From Polyangiales bacterium (lineage in GTDB: Bacteria; Myxococcota_A; Polyangia; Polyangiales; Ga0077539): a stretch of 64,000 bases of DNA. Positions 36,018 through 45,477 of the stretch are shown here, one piece after another; within the stretch, counting starts at the first letter, position 1; every line of letters starts with the position of its first letter. The position numbers and the translations under genes were made by a program. Location: positions 544,001 through 608,000 of the forward strand of contig JBGARZ010000001.1 in the NCBI GenBank assembly GCA_044229975.1, written 5' to 3'. A model generated the notes under the pieces. The model had not been told where the DNA came from. It saw only the letters and a program-made list of their open reading frames with translations, and made no database searches.

Positions 36018-37058
36018 CTAGAACCGCCCCTCGACGATGACCGCCCCCGCCGTGGCGGAGACGACGGCTCGCACCGTCGGCGCGGACGGCGCCCGGAGCG
36101 CCCAGAGCAGCGCACCCAGCACCGCCGTCCCACCGACGGCCACGCCGACGATCGCCGCCGGATGCAGGACGTCGTTGCCGAGGTTGGCGTCGACGAGGGC
36201 CGCGGCGTCGGGGCACGCAAGCGCGTCGCCGTCGGTCCAGACGCAGCTCTTCACGGCCTGGTCGCGGGCGTAGAAGATCAGCGGACTGAGGGCTAGCAGC
36301 ACGAGCCCTCCCGCGCCGAGGACGATCGCGCCCGTCGGAGCGCCCCGGCGCGGCAGGGTGCTCGTGGACGTGAGTGGCGGTCGAGCCGCTGGTGCCGCGA
36401 CCACGGGTTCGGGCGGCGGAGGCTCGGGTGACGCCTGGTCCGACCGCGCGACCTCGGGTGTTGGCGCGACCTCGGGCGCGAGGGTGATGGTCTCGGGGCG
36501 CACCTCGCCACCGACCAGGGTGACCTCGACCGTCTGCGGCGCGAACCCCGGGAGCTGCGCCACCACGCGGTGCGCGCCCGGGGTGAGCGCCACGACGCCG
36601 CAGGGGACGGGCTCCGCGCCATCGACGCTGATGCGCGTCGCCGACGGGGTGCAGCGCACGGCGAGCGCGGCGACGCGGGGGCGCAGCCGGGCCTGGAGCA
36701 ACCGGCAGTTCTGCGCGACGACCGGCTCGGCGCGCTCGACCTGCGCGGCGAGCAGGCAGCGCTCGACGTTGCCGAGCGCCTCGACCGCGCGACCGAGCGC
36801 GACCTGCGACTCGGCGATGAAGAGCAGGAGCGAGGCGCTGGACTGGATCTGGAGGGCCGACGTGGCGAGCCCGAGCGCGGAGGCGTGGTCGCCTCGCGAC
36901 TGCGCCCGCCGCGCGCGGTCGATGAGCAGTCGGCGCGCCGCGAACTCGCTCGGCACCTGCGCATCGACGCGCGCGGTGCCGAGGAGGAGGCCGAGGACCC
37001 CGGAGAGCAGGGCCCGGCGGGGCGTGGGAAGCCGATGGTCTGGTCGGGTGCCGCGCAC
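36018..37058 (-). CDS. TPR + PEGA domain exported protein with C-terminal hydrophobic segments
   Basis: Signal peptide, TPR-like helices, PEGA (TRISVDG..LTPGAHRVVAQLPGF), Pro linker, two hydrophobic segments, terminal EGRF. Confidence 0.8.
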   Translation of the reverse strand: MRGTRPDHRLPTPRRALLSGVLGLLLGTARVDAQVPSEFAARRLLIDRARRAQSRGDHASALGLATSALQIQSSASLLLFIAESQVALGRAVEALGNVERCLLAAQVERAEPVVAQNCRLLQARLRPRVAALAVRCTPSATRISVDGAEPVPCGVVALTPGAHRVVAQLPGFAPQTVEVTLVGGEVRPETITLAPEVAPTPEVARSDQASPEPPPPEPVVAAPAARPPLTSTSTLPRRGAPTGAIVLGAGGLVLLALSPLIFYARDQAVKSCVWTDGDALACPDAAALVDANLGNDVLHPAAIVGVAVGGTAVLGALLWALRAPSAPTVRAVVSATAGAVIVEGRF

Positions 37059-37123
37059 AGGAGGCGAGCGAGTGTAGAGCCCTTCGATCGCCCATCGTCA
37101 ACACGGCGCCGCACCACCGACGC

Positions 37124-39244
37124 TCAGCGAAGGTTCACGCGCTGGAGGAGCACCTGCGTGCCGGCCTGGAACATCATCGCCTCCAGCCGCACCGGGTCGT
37201 CGCAGGTAGTGACGGTGGCCTGGTCGAGCCATGTGTTGCTCATCACTGGATTGAACGCGTGCGCACGAATAGCCGTGAGTGTCGCGAAGGTCGGCGTGAC
37301 CGGCGTGACGGTGAGGGGGTACGGCATCACCCGCATGGCACCGGTGCCTCCGGGGAGCGCGAGCGTGTCGTCGATGCCCTGGTACCAGCGGCCCCAGAAG
37401 TGGTTGGGGTTGAGTCCGCCGGGCGTCTGCTGGTGGAGCACGACGAGTCCCGCGCTGGTGGGGTAGACGCCCGTGATGTAGTCCGCGACGATCTCTTCGG
37501 CGCCGCGACCTCCGTAGTACATCGAGGCCCAGTTGAAGGCCCCGGATGTCGGGTTGAGGCTCAGCAGCAGGCCATCACCGCTGCTCGTGTCGAAGCCCGT
37601 CACCGCGGTGCGACCGGCGAAGATGGCCTGCCCGTCGTGGAGGGCGACGGTCATGGTGTTGTTGCGGTCGCCGGCGCCCGCTTGCCAGGTGCGCGCCCAG
37701 ACGAGCGACCCGTCTGCCGCGGAGAGGCGCGCGCCGACGAAGGCCGTGGTGGCGCCGCGCACGTTGACCGCCGCGAGGACGCCGTCGCCGGCGACCGCGA
37801 GGCCCCTCACGTTGGAACCGAAGACCCCGAGCGAGCGCATCCACGCGACGGTGGGCGTCGCGCCGTTGACGCCGTTGAGGCGCGCGACGAAGGGGGCGTT
37901 GTCGCCGATGCCGCCGATGTATGCGGCGCCGTCGGCGCCGACGACCAGCGATCCGACGCGGTGCGGGGTCCCGGTGCTCGTGATGGTGTGGGCCCAGATC
38001 ACCGTCCCGTCGGACTTGTTCACGGCCGAGACGAAGAAGCGGTTGTCCTCCGTCGAGCCGGCGACGATCACGCGGTCGGCGAGCGTCGCATCGACGGCCT
38101 GACCGCGCAGACCCTCGCGCACGAGCGTCGGGTTGGGTGACGCGCCTGCGTTGAGACCGACCGACCACACGGGCGCGCCGGTGCGCGAGTCGACCTTCAT
38201 CAACGCCGACTGGAAGACCGTGTTGGCGTTGTCGAGCGACCTGTCGAACGAGAGGTAGAGCGCCCCGGTGGAGTCGATGTCGAGCGAATCGGGGTTGCCG
38301 CCGACCTCGCCGTTGTTTCCGATGTCACGCGCGCTCTGGATGTACGGCTCGTTGAGCTCACGGACCCACCCGAGGCTGCCGTCGGCATTCACGCGCGCCA
38401 GGGCGACGTTGAGGCTGAAGCGGTCGCTCCACTGGTTGACGTTGAGGTTGAAGTACATGTTTCCCGCGGCGTCCGCGACGACGGCGCCGGGCGCGGCGCT
38501 GTTCGACCCGGCGACGTTGCTCCGCGCAAACACGCGCTCGAGCCCGTTGGAGACGTTGGGGCTGAGCGCGAGGTTGTCGCGCCCGCGGGCAGCCACGATC
38601 ACCGAGTGGCGCTGACCGCCCGCGTACCGGACCGTGAAGCGCGCGTTGCGAGGGCCCGAGGCGATCGGGATGAAGTGCAGCCCGACCGAGGTGCTGGCGT
38701 TGGGAGCCAGCGCCTGGGGCGTGAAGGTGTACGGCACGCGAGAGGTGCGCCCCGGCTGCGTAAACGCCCACTCGTGCGCGTCGGTCGGCGACACCGGCTC
38801 CAGGCTGATGGACTCGACCATCACCGGCGCGGCGCTCGTGTTGACGATGCTGAGCGTGACGGTTCCCATGCTCCACGGAGGCACGCCGTCGAGCACGGTC
38901 TCCGTGTAGGTGCCCTCGTTCGCGATGACGCGGGCACCCATTCCTCGCACCTCGATGGGAGCGGCCGCGGGCACGTCCACCGCCGCGGGCACGTCCACCG
39001 CCGCGGGCACGTCCACCACCGCGGGTACGTCCACCGCCGCGGGCATGTCCACCGCCGCGGGCATGTCCACCGCCGCGGGCACGTCCACCGCCGCGGGCAT
39101 GTCCACCGCCGCGGGCGCGTCGACCCTTGGAACAGCGGCGTCCACGGGGGTGGCGGCGTCCATCCCCGCGCTCCCTCCTCCGCAGCCCGCGCCCCCTGCG
39201 CTCACGAGCGTTCCAACGATCAGCCAGCGAGTCGACTTGTTCAT
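37124..39244 (-). CDS. lipoprotein with repeat linker, Ig-like domain and beta-propeller
   Basis: AAGGAG RBS, lipobox-like GAGC, VD(V/M)PAA repeats, Ig-like segment (LSIVNTS..LAPNASTSVGLHFIP), PQQ-like blades (DGSLGW, TGAPVW, DGTVIW, DGSLVW). Confidence 0.82.
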   Translation of the reverse strand: MNKSTRWLIVGTLVSAGGAGCGGGSAGMDAATPVDAAVPRVDAPAAVDMPAAVDVPAAVDMPAAVDMPAAVDVPAVVDVPAAVDVPAAVDVPAAAPIEVRGMGARVIANEGTYTETVLDGVPPWSMGTVTLSIVNTSAAPVMVESISLEPVSPTDAHEWAFTQPGRTSRVPYTFTPQALAPNASTSVGLHFIPIASGPRNARFTVRYAGGQRHSVIVAARGRDNLALSPNVSNGLERVFARSNVAGSNSAAPGAVVADAAGNMYFNLNVNQWSDRFSLNVALARVNADGSLGWVRELNEPYIQSARDIGNNGEVGGNPDSLDIDSTGALYLSFDRSLDNANTVFQSALMKVDSRTGAPVWSVGLNAGASPNPTLVREGLRGQAVDATLADRVIVAGSTEDNRFFVSAVNKSDGTVIWAHTITSTGTPHRVGSLVVGADGAAYIGGIGDNAPFVARLNGVNGATPTVAWMRSLGVFGSNVRGLAVAGDGVLAAVNVRGATTAFVGARLSAADGSLVWARTWQAGAGDRNNTMTVALHDGQAIFAGRTAVTGFDTSSGDGLLLSLNPTSGAFNWASMYYGGRGAEEIVADYITGVYPTSAGLVVLHQQTPGGLNPNHFWGRWYQGIDDTLALPGGTGAMRVMPYPLTVTPVTPTFATLTAIRAHAFNPVMSNTWLDQATVTTCDDPVRLEAMMFQAGTQVLLQRVNLR
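38962..39125 (-). repeat. in-frame 18-bp tandem repeat, about nine copies, encoding VD(V/M)PAA
   Basis: Near-perfect ccgcgggca(c/t)gtccaccg units. Confidence 0.92.
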
Positions 39245-39442
39245 GTCATGCGCTCCTTGCGAGGGTCGCGTCACTGGTGGTGCGCCGACGTGCCGCGCTG
39301 GGCACCGGCGACGAAGGGTTGGAGCCACCAGGCCGACCTCGTTGCGGACGGAGTATTCGAACGTCCCGCCGCGCCCCTCCATTGAAGCGCTCTGAACTGA
39401 TCTGAAGCGCCCGTCGACGGAGGCACGTGATAGTGTCGCGAG

Positions 39443-40576
39443 GTGACATCGGGCCCCGAAGCTCCGCGAAGCGCTTCGCTCCGTCACGGTCAGGCGCCGA
39501 TGCACGGCTCGGTCATCGCCGAGAGGTTTCGTCTCACCGCGCCGCTCGGTGAGGGCGCGACAGGCGAGGTGTGGCGGGCAGACGACCTGTGCGGCGGCGC
39601 CGCGGCGGTGAAGCTGCTGCGCGGCGAGCTGACCTACGACGCCGGCACCGCGCGACGGTTCGCCCGCGAGTCTCGCACGTTGCAGCGCCTGTCCCACCAG
39701 CACCTGCCGGTCATCCTCGACGCGGGCGAGGACGCCCTGACGGGGCGATGCTTCATCGCGCTGGCGTACGTGGAGGCCGAGACCCTCCGGGCTGTGATCC
39801 AGCGCGAGGCGCCCATGACCTGGGACGCCGCCGCGGCGATCATGCTGCCCGTGATGTCCGCGCTGTCCGCGGCGCACGCCGCCGGGGTGATACACCGCGA
39901 TGTCAAACCCGAGAACGTCTTGGTGCAGTGGGATGGCCCCGCGCCGCGCCCCCTCCTGATCGATTTCGGGCTCTGCAAGCACATCAACGGGGGCGGGTCG
40001 CTCCAGACGCGCTCCGGGGTGCTCCTCGGGACTCCGGCCTACATGGCCCCGGAGCAGGCGGCGGGCGAGCGCGATGTCGACGTCCGCGCGGACGTCTGGG
40101 CCGCGGGGGCGGTCTGGTTCGAGCTCCTGACGGGGACGACGCCCTTCGTCGACGCGCTCCCGGGGCGCCTGCTCGCCCGGGTGATCTCCGACGAGCCCCC
40201 GTCCCTCGCCGAGAGTCGGCCCGACCTCCCGCGCGCGCGCTGCGAGGCCATCGACCGCGCCATCGCCCGCGATCGAGCGCGTCGCTTCGAGTCGGTCGAT
40301 GCCTTCGCCAGCGCCCTCCTCGCGTCGCCGACGCGACGCGGCCGGCGCCCGTCGGCGCTCGCGCACGCGGCCCTCGTTGCCACGTTGCTTCCCGCGCACA
40401 CGCCGCCGTCGCCGCCGCCGACCTGGGAGCTTCGCGCGCGACCGTCCCCCATCGCGACACCGCCTCTCCCGGCAGCGTCGCCGGTCGCCGAGCCACCCGC
40501 GCCGCTCGCCGAGCCGCCGAGGGCTCCGCGGCGGCCGGTCCATCCGGTGCGCATCCGCCCCTATCACGTGCTCTGA
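39443..40576 (+). CDS. Hanks-type Ser/Thr protein kinase with Pro-rich tail
   Basis: LGEGATGEVW, AVK, HRDVKPEN, DFG, YMAPEQ, DVW; alternative ATG at 39500. Confidence 0.93.
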   Translation: MTSGPEAPRSASLRHGQAPMHGSVIAERFRLTAPLGEGATGEVWRADDLCGGAAAVKLLRGELTYDAGTARRFARESRTLQRLSHQHLPVILDAGEDALTGRCFIALAYVEAETLRAVIQREAPMTWDAAAAIMLPVMSALSAAHAAGVIHRDVKPENVLVQWDGPAPRPLLIDFGLCKHINGGGSLQTRSGVLLGTPAYMAPEQAAGERDVDVRADVWAAGAVWFELLTGTTPFVDALPGRLLARVISDEPPSLAESRPDLPRARCEAIDRAIARDRARRFESVDAFASALLASPTRRGRRPSALAHAALVATLLPAHTPPSPPPTWELRARPSPIATPPLPAASPVAEPPAPLAEPPRAPRRPVHPVRIRPYHVL

Positions 40577-40604
40577 CGCGCGCGACGCCGACGCCAGACG
40601 TCGG

Positions 40605-41519
40605 TCAGAGTTCAGCGGCCACGGCGACCACGGTGATCTTCGAGCGCACGAGGCAGTACCCCTCCTCGCGCCGGACAAGCACGTCCCGCAGGCCGAGGCG
40701 TCGGAGCGTCGCGACGGCGGCGTACACCCGCGCCGCGCCGGACTCCGCGACGAGGCGAGCCCCCGGCCAGATCTCCGCGGTGAGCGCGGGCACGTCCACG
40801 GGGTGCTCGCTTCGCAGCAGGGCCCGCAGCAGGCGCATGAGGACCGGACGCGGGAGCAGGTCGACGAGCTCTCCCTCGGGCGTGGTCACCCACCGCGCGT
40901 CCGAGGCGATGCCCCATCGATCGCAGGGCGGAGGCGCGGCGACGGGGCGGGGCGCATCGAGGCGCTCCGCCATCAGCGCCTCGACGTCGGGCTCGACCGG
41001 GAGGGCGCGGATCCACGCCGCGATGCCTTCGGGCGGCAGGCGCTCGGAGGCGAGCACGAGCTCCGCGAACGCGTGGGCCGAGGGCGGTGGTCGCGTCAGC
41101 TCCCGGAGGGCGCTCGCGAGGAGGGATGCACGGCGTGCGAGGGGAGCGTCGACGGAGTGCTCCACGAGGACGACGAATCCCCCGACCCGGAGCGCGTCGC
41201 GCTCCTCGAGGCGCACCGAGGTCACGCGGTCACGGTTGCGCCAGACACCGTTGCGCGAACCCTGATCTGCCAGCCAGGCAGCGCCCTGCAGGTCAGCGAC
41301 GATGCGGAGGTGCCGTCGGGAGACGCGCTCGTCGACCGGGACGGCGCCGAAGCTCCCGCCGTCTCGCTGGAGCGCGAGCGTGCTGCCCGCGACGAGTGAC
41401 CGCGGCGCCGGGACGATCCACTCCCGGTCATGGTGGGCGAGGGTAACCACCCACGGGGCCGTCCCGTCCCGGGCGCCGCCTTCGGGCAGGGTCGTGGTGT
41501 TGAGGCGTTCGTGCTTCAT
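40605..41519 (-). CDS. FHA domain + C-terminal winged-helix DNA-binding protein
   Basis: VSRRH and DQGSRNG (FHA); LLRALL..PV....LTAEIWPG..RVYAAVATLRR..GYCL (OmpR/PhoB-like wHTH). Confidence 0.78.
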   Translation of the reverse strand: MKHERLNTTTLPEGGARDGTAPWVVTLAHHDREWIVPAPRSLVAGSTLALQRDGGSFGAVPVDERVSRRHLRIVADLQGAAWLADQGSRNGVWRNRDRVTSVRLEERDALRVGGFVVLVEHSVDAPLARRASLLASALRELTRPPPSAHAFAELVLASERLPPEGIAAWIRALPVEPDVEALMAERLDAPRPVAAPPPCDRWGIASDARWVTTPEGELVDLLPRPVLMRLLRALLRSEHPVDVPALTAEIWPGARLVAESGAARVYAAVATLRRLGLRDVLVRREEGYCLVRSKITVVAVAAEL

Positions 41520-41687
41520 GCGACCGCGCGAGGCGACGTAGTTGGCTGCGTTGTCGTGGTCACCCGACCGCCCGACCACCCGCGAGCGTCATGGTGTCAC
41601 CACCTCGCAAACAACTGAAGCCTCCTGAATTCATCTGATGGCAGCGGATCGCCGCCCGCGCCGTCGCCGGCGGCTGGTGGTTGGCCC

Positions 41688-44327
41688 TCAGCGCAGGCGG
41701 TTGGCGACCAGATCGGCGCCGAAGTCGGTGATGACCGTGCGACCGGGATCGGGCGACGTCGTCGATGACAGCGGGCAGTTGCTGCCTTCGAGCTGCGGAA
41801 CCCACGTGCCAGCCAGAGAGCACCGCGTCGGGAGCACCGAGACGCGCACGCGCCCCATGCCGCCGGCGCCGCCGCTGAAGCCCGACGAGGGACCCACCGG
41901 TCGACCACCCACGCCGCCCACGGTGTCGACGACCCCATCGATGACGACCACCGGCGAGACGATGGCGATGGCGCCGCCCGAGCCGCCGCCGCCCGCACCG
42001 CCGCCCCCCTGCTGACCGCCCACCGTGTGGAACACCACCGCGTTGCCGCCCGCGCCGCCGCGTACGAGGAGCGCGCCGGATGCCGCCACCCGGATGGCCG
42101 TCGCGCTGGCGAGCCGCAGCGCGCCGCCGCCGCCACCACCACCCGCGCCGCCCGACACGCCCGCCTGGGCGCAGCGCACCTCGGTGGCGCCATCGAACAC
42201 CGACGCCCCGTAGCCGCCACCGCCGCCGCCGCCGGAGCCCACGCGGAAGGTCGTGATCATGAACGGATCGACCGCCGCGAAGTACCCGATGCTCCCGCCG
42301 CCGCCACCGCCGCCACCGCGATTGGGTGCCGCCGTGAGGCCCGCCTGCCCGTTGTAGAACGTCGCGCCCGCCGCCACGCGAACGTTGCCCGGGTTGCCAC
42401 CGCCCTGCACCGGTGTCGACGCACCGCCCGATGACGTGGTCCCCGAACCGTCGCCGCCGCCCGCCCCCGAGTCGGCCGCGTTGCCGAAGCCACCGCCACC
42501 CGCCCCGCCGCCGAAGCCACCGCCACCACCACCACCGCCGCCCGCTTCGATGATCGTCGGCCCTACCGCGCCGCCGCCCGCTCCGCCGCCGAAGGACGAG
42601 CCCGTCCCGCACGCCCCCCACACGTGGCGCGCGTCGCTGCCGGCAGTCCCCTGCCCGCTCGCGCCCGGCGCCCGGCACGTCCCCGCGAGGCCGTTGGGCG
42701 CCGCGACGGCGACGCCGGTGTCCCCTCCCCCGCCGTTGCCGCCCTCGCAGCGCAGGTCGGTGCGCGCGTTGTCGCCGCCCCGACCGCCCGAGAGATCGAT
42801 GGTCCCGAGCACCTCGATGGGACCGCGCGCGCGCAGATCGAGCACGCCCGGCGCCCTCACCCGCAGCGTCGCGCCCGCGGCGATGCGCACCGACGCGTAG
42901 CGGTACGTTCCGCTGCTGACGGTGGTGTCGGTGGTCACCACGAGCGCCTCGGTGCTGTCCATGTTGCCGTAGGGGAAATCCCGCGCGACGCCGTTGAGGC
43001 ACACCTGCGTCGCGCCGAGTCGGTTGCCGCAGGAGCCGCAGTGGTCGGGGCTGGTGCGGAGGTCCTGCTCGCAGCCGTTGGCGGGCATGGCGTCGCAGTC
43101 GCCGTAGCCCGCCGCGCAGGTCTGCACGCAGGCGCCGCGCGCGCACGACGTGGTCGCGTTGGCGCCGCTCGGGCAGGCGGTCGCGCACGCGCCGCAGTGG
43201 TTGGTCGACGTGAGCACGTCGACCTCGCACCCGTTGGACGCGAGCCCGTCGCAGTCGGCGTAGCCGGGCAGGCACATGCTGTAACCGCAGCGGTTGGACA
43301 CGCAGGCCGCGGCGACGATGTGGAGCGCGGTGTCGGCGCTGCACGCGTTGCCGCACGCGCCGCAGTGGTTGACCGTGGTGAGCGCGACCTCGCAGCCGTC
43401 GCCGGGGTTGTTGTTGCAGTCCGCGCGCCCCGCCGCGCACGCCGTCACGGCGCAGACGCCGCCGGCGCACTGGGTCGCGCCGACGCCCTCGCGGACGGGA
43501 CACGCGAAGCCGCACGACCCGCAGTGGGCGGCCGTGGCGAAGGTGTCGGTCTCGCAGCCGTCCGCGGCGCTGCCGTTGCAGTCGCCGTAGCCCGTGTCGC
43601 AGGCACCGAACGCACACGCGCCTGCCATGCACCGACCGCTCGCGTGGCGGAAGGCGCAGTCGCCGTCGCTGCGGCACGCTAGCGAGACCGCGACGTCGGG
43701 CGACACCTGATCCGCCGCGACATCGGGCGTCGTCGGCACGTCGGGCATCGCCGGCACGTCCATCGCGACCGGCACATCGGGCATCGCCTGCACGTCCGTC
43801 GCGACCGGCACATCGGGCATCGCCTGCACGTCCGTGGAAGCACCGCCGTCGGGCGCCCCCTGCCCTGCGTCGGTGGCGACCCCGCCGTCTTCGGGCGCCT
43901 GTCCGCCGAGGGCGCGCTGCTGCTCGACGGAGATGGGCGTCGCGCAGAGAAGCTCCGGGGTCTGACACGTCCCCGCCCCGAGGGTCGCGCAGGCGTTGTC
44001 GTCGGCGCAGCGCCACCAGCAGGCGCTGGCCGCGCACACCGAACCGCGCGGACAGCTCACGTCCGACGCGCACTCCGACGGGCCGGAGAGCGGCAAGCAC
44101 ACGCGCTTGCGCGGGTCGTCGGCGGGCGCGCAGACCGTGCCCATGGCGCAGTCGCGGTCGCTGCGGCACTGCACCCGGCAGCGGCGAGCCGAGCACACCA
44201 GCGGGCTCACGCAGTCGTCGTTGAAGAGGCACTCGTCACCGAGAACCTTCTTGTCCGAGCAGCCCGCGGCCACCATCAAGACGACCCCGCACCACCACGC
44301 ACGCCCCACAAACGCCCCGTTGTGCAT
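41688..44327 (-). CDS. Cys-rich repeat lipoprotein with C-terminal poly-Gly domain
   Basis: Lipobox AAGC; four CxxGxxDCxxxxxxGCE...HCGxC repeats; C-terminal third with many GGGGGG runs. Confidence 0.85.
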   Translation of the reverse strand: MHNGAFVGRAWWCGVVLMVAAGCSDKKVLGDECLFNDDCVSPLVCSARRCRVQCRSDRDCAMGTVCAPADDPRKRVCLPLSGPSECASDVSCPRGSVCAASACWWRCADDNACATLGAGTCQTPELLCATPISVEQQRALGGQAPEDGGVATDAGQGAPDGGASTDVQAMPDVPVATDVQAMPDVPVAMDVPAMPDVPTTPDVAADQVSPDVAVSLACRSDGDCAFRHASGRCMAGACAFGACDTGYGDCNGSAADGCETDTFATAAHCGSCGFACPVREGVGATQCAGGVCAVTACAAGRADCNNNPGDGCEVALTTVNHCGACGNACSADTALHIVAAACVSNRCGYSMCLPGYADCDGLASNGCEVDVLTSTNHCGACATACPSGANATTSCARGACVQTCAAGYGDCDAMPANGCEQDLRTSPDHCGSCGNRLGATQVCLNGVARDFPYGNMDSTEALVVTTDTTVSSGTYRYASVRIAAGATLRVRAPGVLDLRARGPIEVLGTIDLSGGRGGDNARTDLRCEGGNGGGGDTGVAVAAPNGLAGTCRAPGASGQGTAGSDARHVWGACGTGSSFGGGAGGGAVGPTIIEAGGGGGGGGGFGGGAGGGGFGNAADSGAGGGDGSGTTSSGGASTPVQGGGNPGNVRVAAGATFYNGQAGLTAAPNRGGGGGGGGSIGYFAAVDPFMITTFRVGSGGGGGGGYGASVFDGATEVRCAQAGVSGGAGGGGGGGALRLASATAIRVAASGALLVRGGAGGNAVVFHTVGGQQGGGGAGGGGSGGAIAIVSPVVVIDGVVDTVGGVGGRPVGPSSGFSGGAGGMGRVRVSVLPTRCSLAGTWVPQLEGSNCPLSSTTSPDPGRTVITDFGADLVANRLR
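43722..43835 (-). repeat. in-frame 36-bp repeat encoding DVQAMPDVPVA(T/M)
   Basis: gcgaccggcacatcgggcatcgcctgcacgtccgt repeated, plus a degenerate copy. Confidence 0.8.
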
Positions 44328-44445
44328 CCGCGGTTTGTATCCCGTTCGGCCGCGCGGTGTCGACGACCCGCGCGCGCCGCTGGCCCAACCGCGTCGTCTG
44401 TGGTGACGTGGCTCCCCCTCCAGACAGCCCGCAGGACCGTCGACG

Positions 44446-45477
44446 ATGTTCAGGACCCGCTTCGTGGTGATGATGGCGTTTGCGCTCGGCTGCTCGCCGA
44501 CCCCTCGCCGCGCCCGCTACGTCGCCCCTCCCACCGCGCTGGTCGAGCCCGCGCCGCTGCCCGCACCGACCGCACCGACGGCGCCGCCGCGGAGGCTCTA
44601 CGACCACGTGGTGATCGTCAGCTTCGACGGCATGCGCCCCGACGCCATGGCGCAGGCCGACGCGCCCGCGCTGCACCGCCTCGCCGCCGCGGGTGCGTCG
44701 GCGCAAAACGCGCGCACCATCGACATGTCCTCCACGCTGCCGGCGCACTCCTCGATGCTCACCGGCGTCGACGTCGACGTGCACGGGATGGACTTCGACG
44801 AGCACCGCCCCGAGCGCGGCTTCGTACGGGCCCCCACCATCTTCCAGGAGGCGCGGCGGGCGGGCTTCGCGTCGGCGATGTTCGTGTCGAAGTCCAAGCT
44901 CCGGCACATCGCGCTGCCGCAGTCGCTCGACGTGTACGCGCAGCCCAGCCACCAGTGCGGCGGCGTCGCCCGCGAGGCCGCGCGCTACCTCGCCACCGCG
45001 CCCGCGGGCATCACCTTCGTCCACTTCGGCGAGCCCGACGTGGCCGGTCACCACCGCGGCTGGATGGGCCCCGAGTACCTCACCGGCATCGCCCGCGCCG
45101 ACCGCTGCCTCGACGTGGTGCTGCGCGGCATCGCCTCACGCACCGACCGCACGTTGCTCATCGTCTCGGCCGACCACGGCGGCCACGGCTTCCATCACGG
45201 AACGCTCGACCCGCGCGACCTCCAGATCCCCTGGATCGCCGTCGGCCCGTCGGTTCGCCCGGGTCCCTTCGCGACGCCGGTGCGCACCACCGACACCGCC
45301 GCGACGGCCCTCCGCGCGCTGCTCATCCCTCCGCCGGCGGGCATCGTCGGCCGCCCCGTGGAGGAGGTGCTCGACGCCTCGGTGATCGCGAGCCCATCCG
45401 CGACGCCCGCTGCGGCGCCCGAGGTCGTCCCTACTCGCAGGCACCGTCCGCGGCGCGCCCCGCGGGATCGACGATGA
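44446..45477 (+). CDS. alkaline phosphatase superfamily lipoprotein (NPP/phosphodiesterase-like)
   Basis: Lipobox ALGC; SFDGMRPD, STLPAHSSMLTG, PDVAGH, SADHGG. Confidence 0.88.
   Translation: MFRTRFVVMMAFALGCSPTPRRARYVAPPTALVEPAPLPAPTAPTAPPRRLYDHVVIVSFDGMRPDAMAQADAPALHRLAAAGASAQNARTIDMSSTLPAHSSMLTGVDVDVHGMDFDEHRPERGFVRAPTIFQEARRAGFASAMFVSKSKLRHIALPQSLDVYAQPSHQCGGVAREAARYLATAPAGITFVHFGEPDVAGHHRGWMGPEYLTGIARADRCLDVVLRGIASRTDRTLLIVSADHGGHGFHHGTLDPRDLQIPWIAVGPSVRPGPFATPVRTTDTAATALRALLIPPPAGIVGRPVEEVLDASVIASPSATPAAAPEVVPTRRHRPRRAPRDRR

Noticed and set aside
37124..40678. 1184-aa ORF as one giant protein; likewise the long N-terminal extensions of infB (to 15155), the FHA-ATPase (to 9793), the activator (from 47445) and its partner (from 50924)
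   Set aside because: The extensions overlap other well-supported genes; internal ATGs with an RBS, signal peptide or start-stop coupling give better starts
45431..45477. 47-bp convergent overlap as a regulatory antisense pair
   Set aside because: Short 3' overlaps are common in GC-rich genomes, and the phosphodiesterase tail is low-complexity read-through
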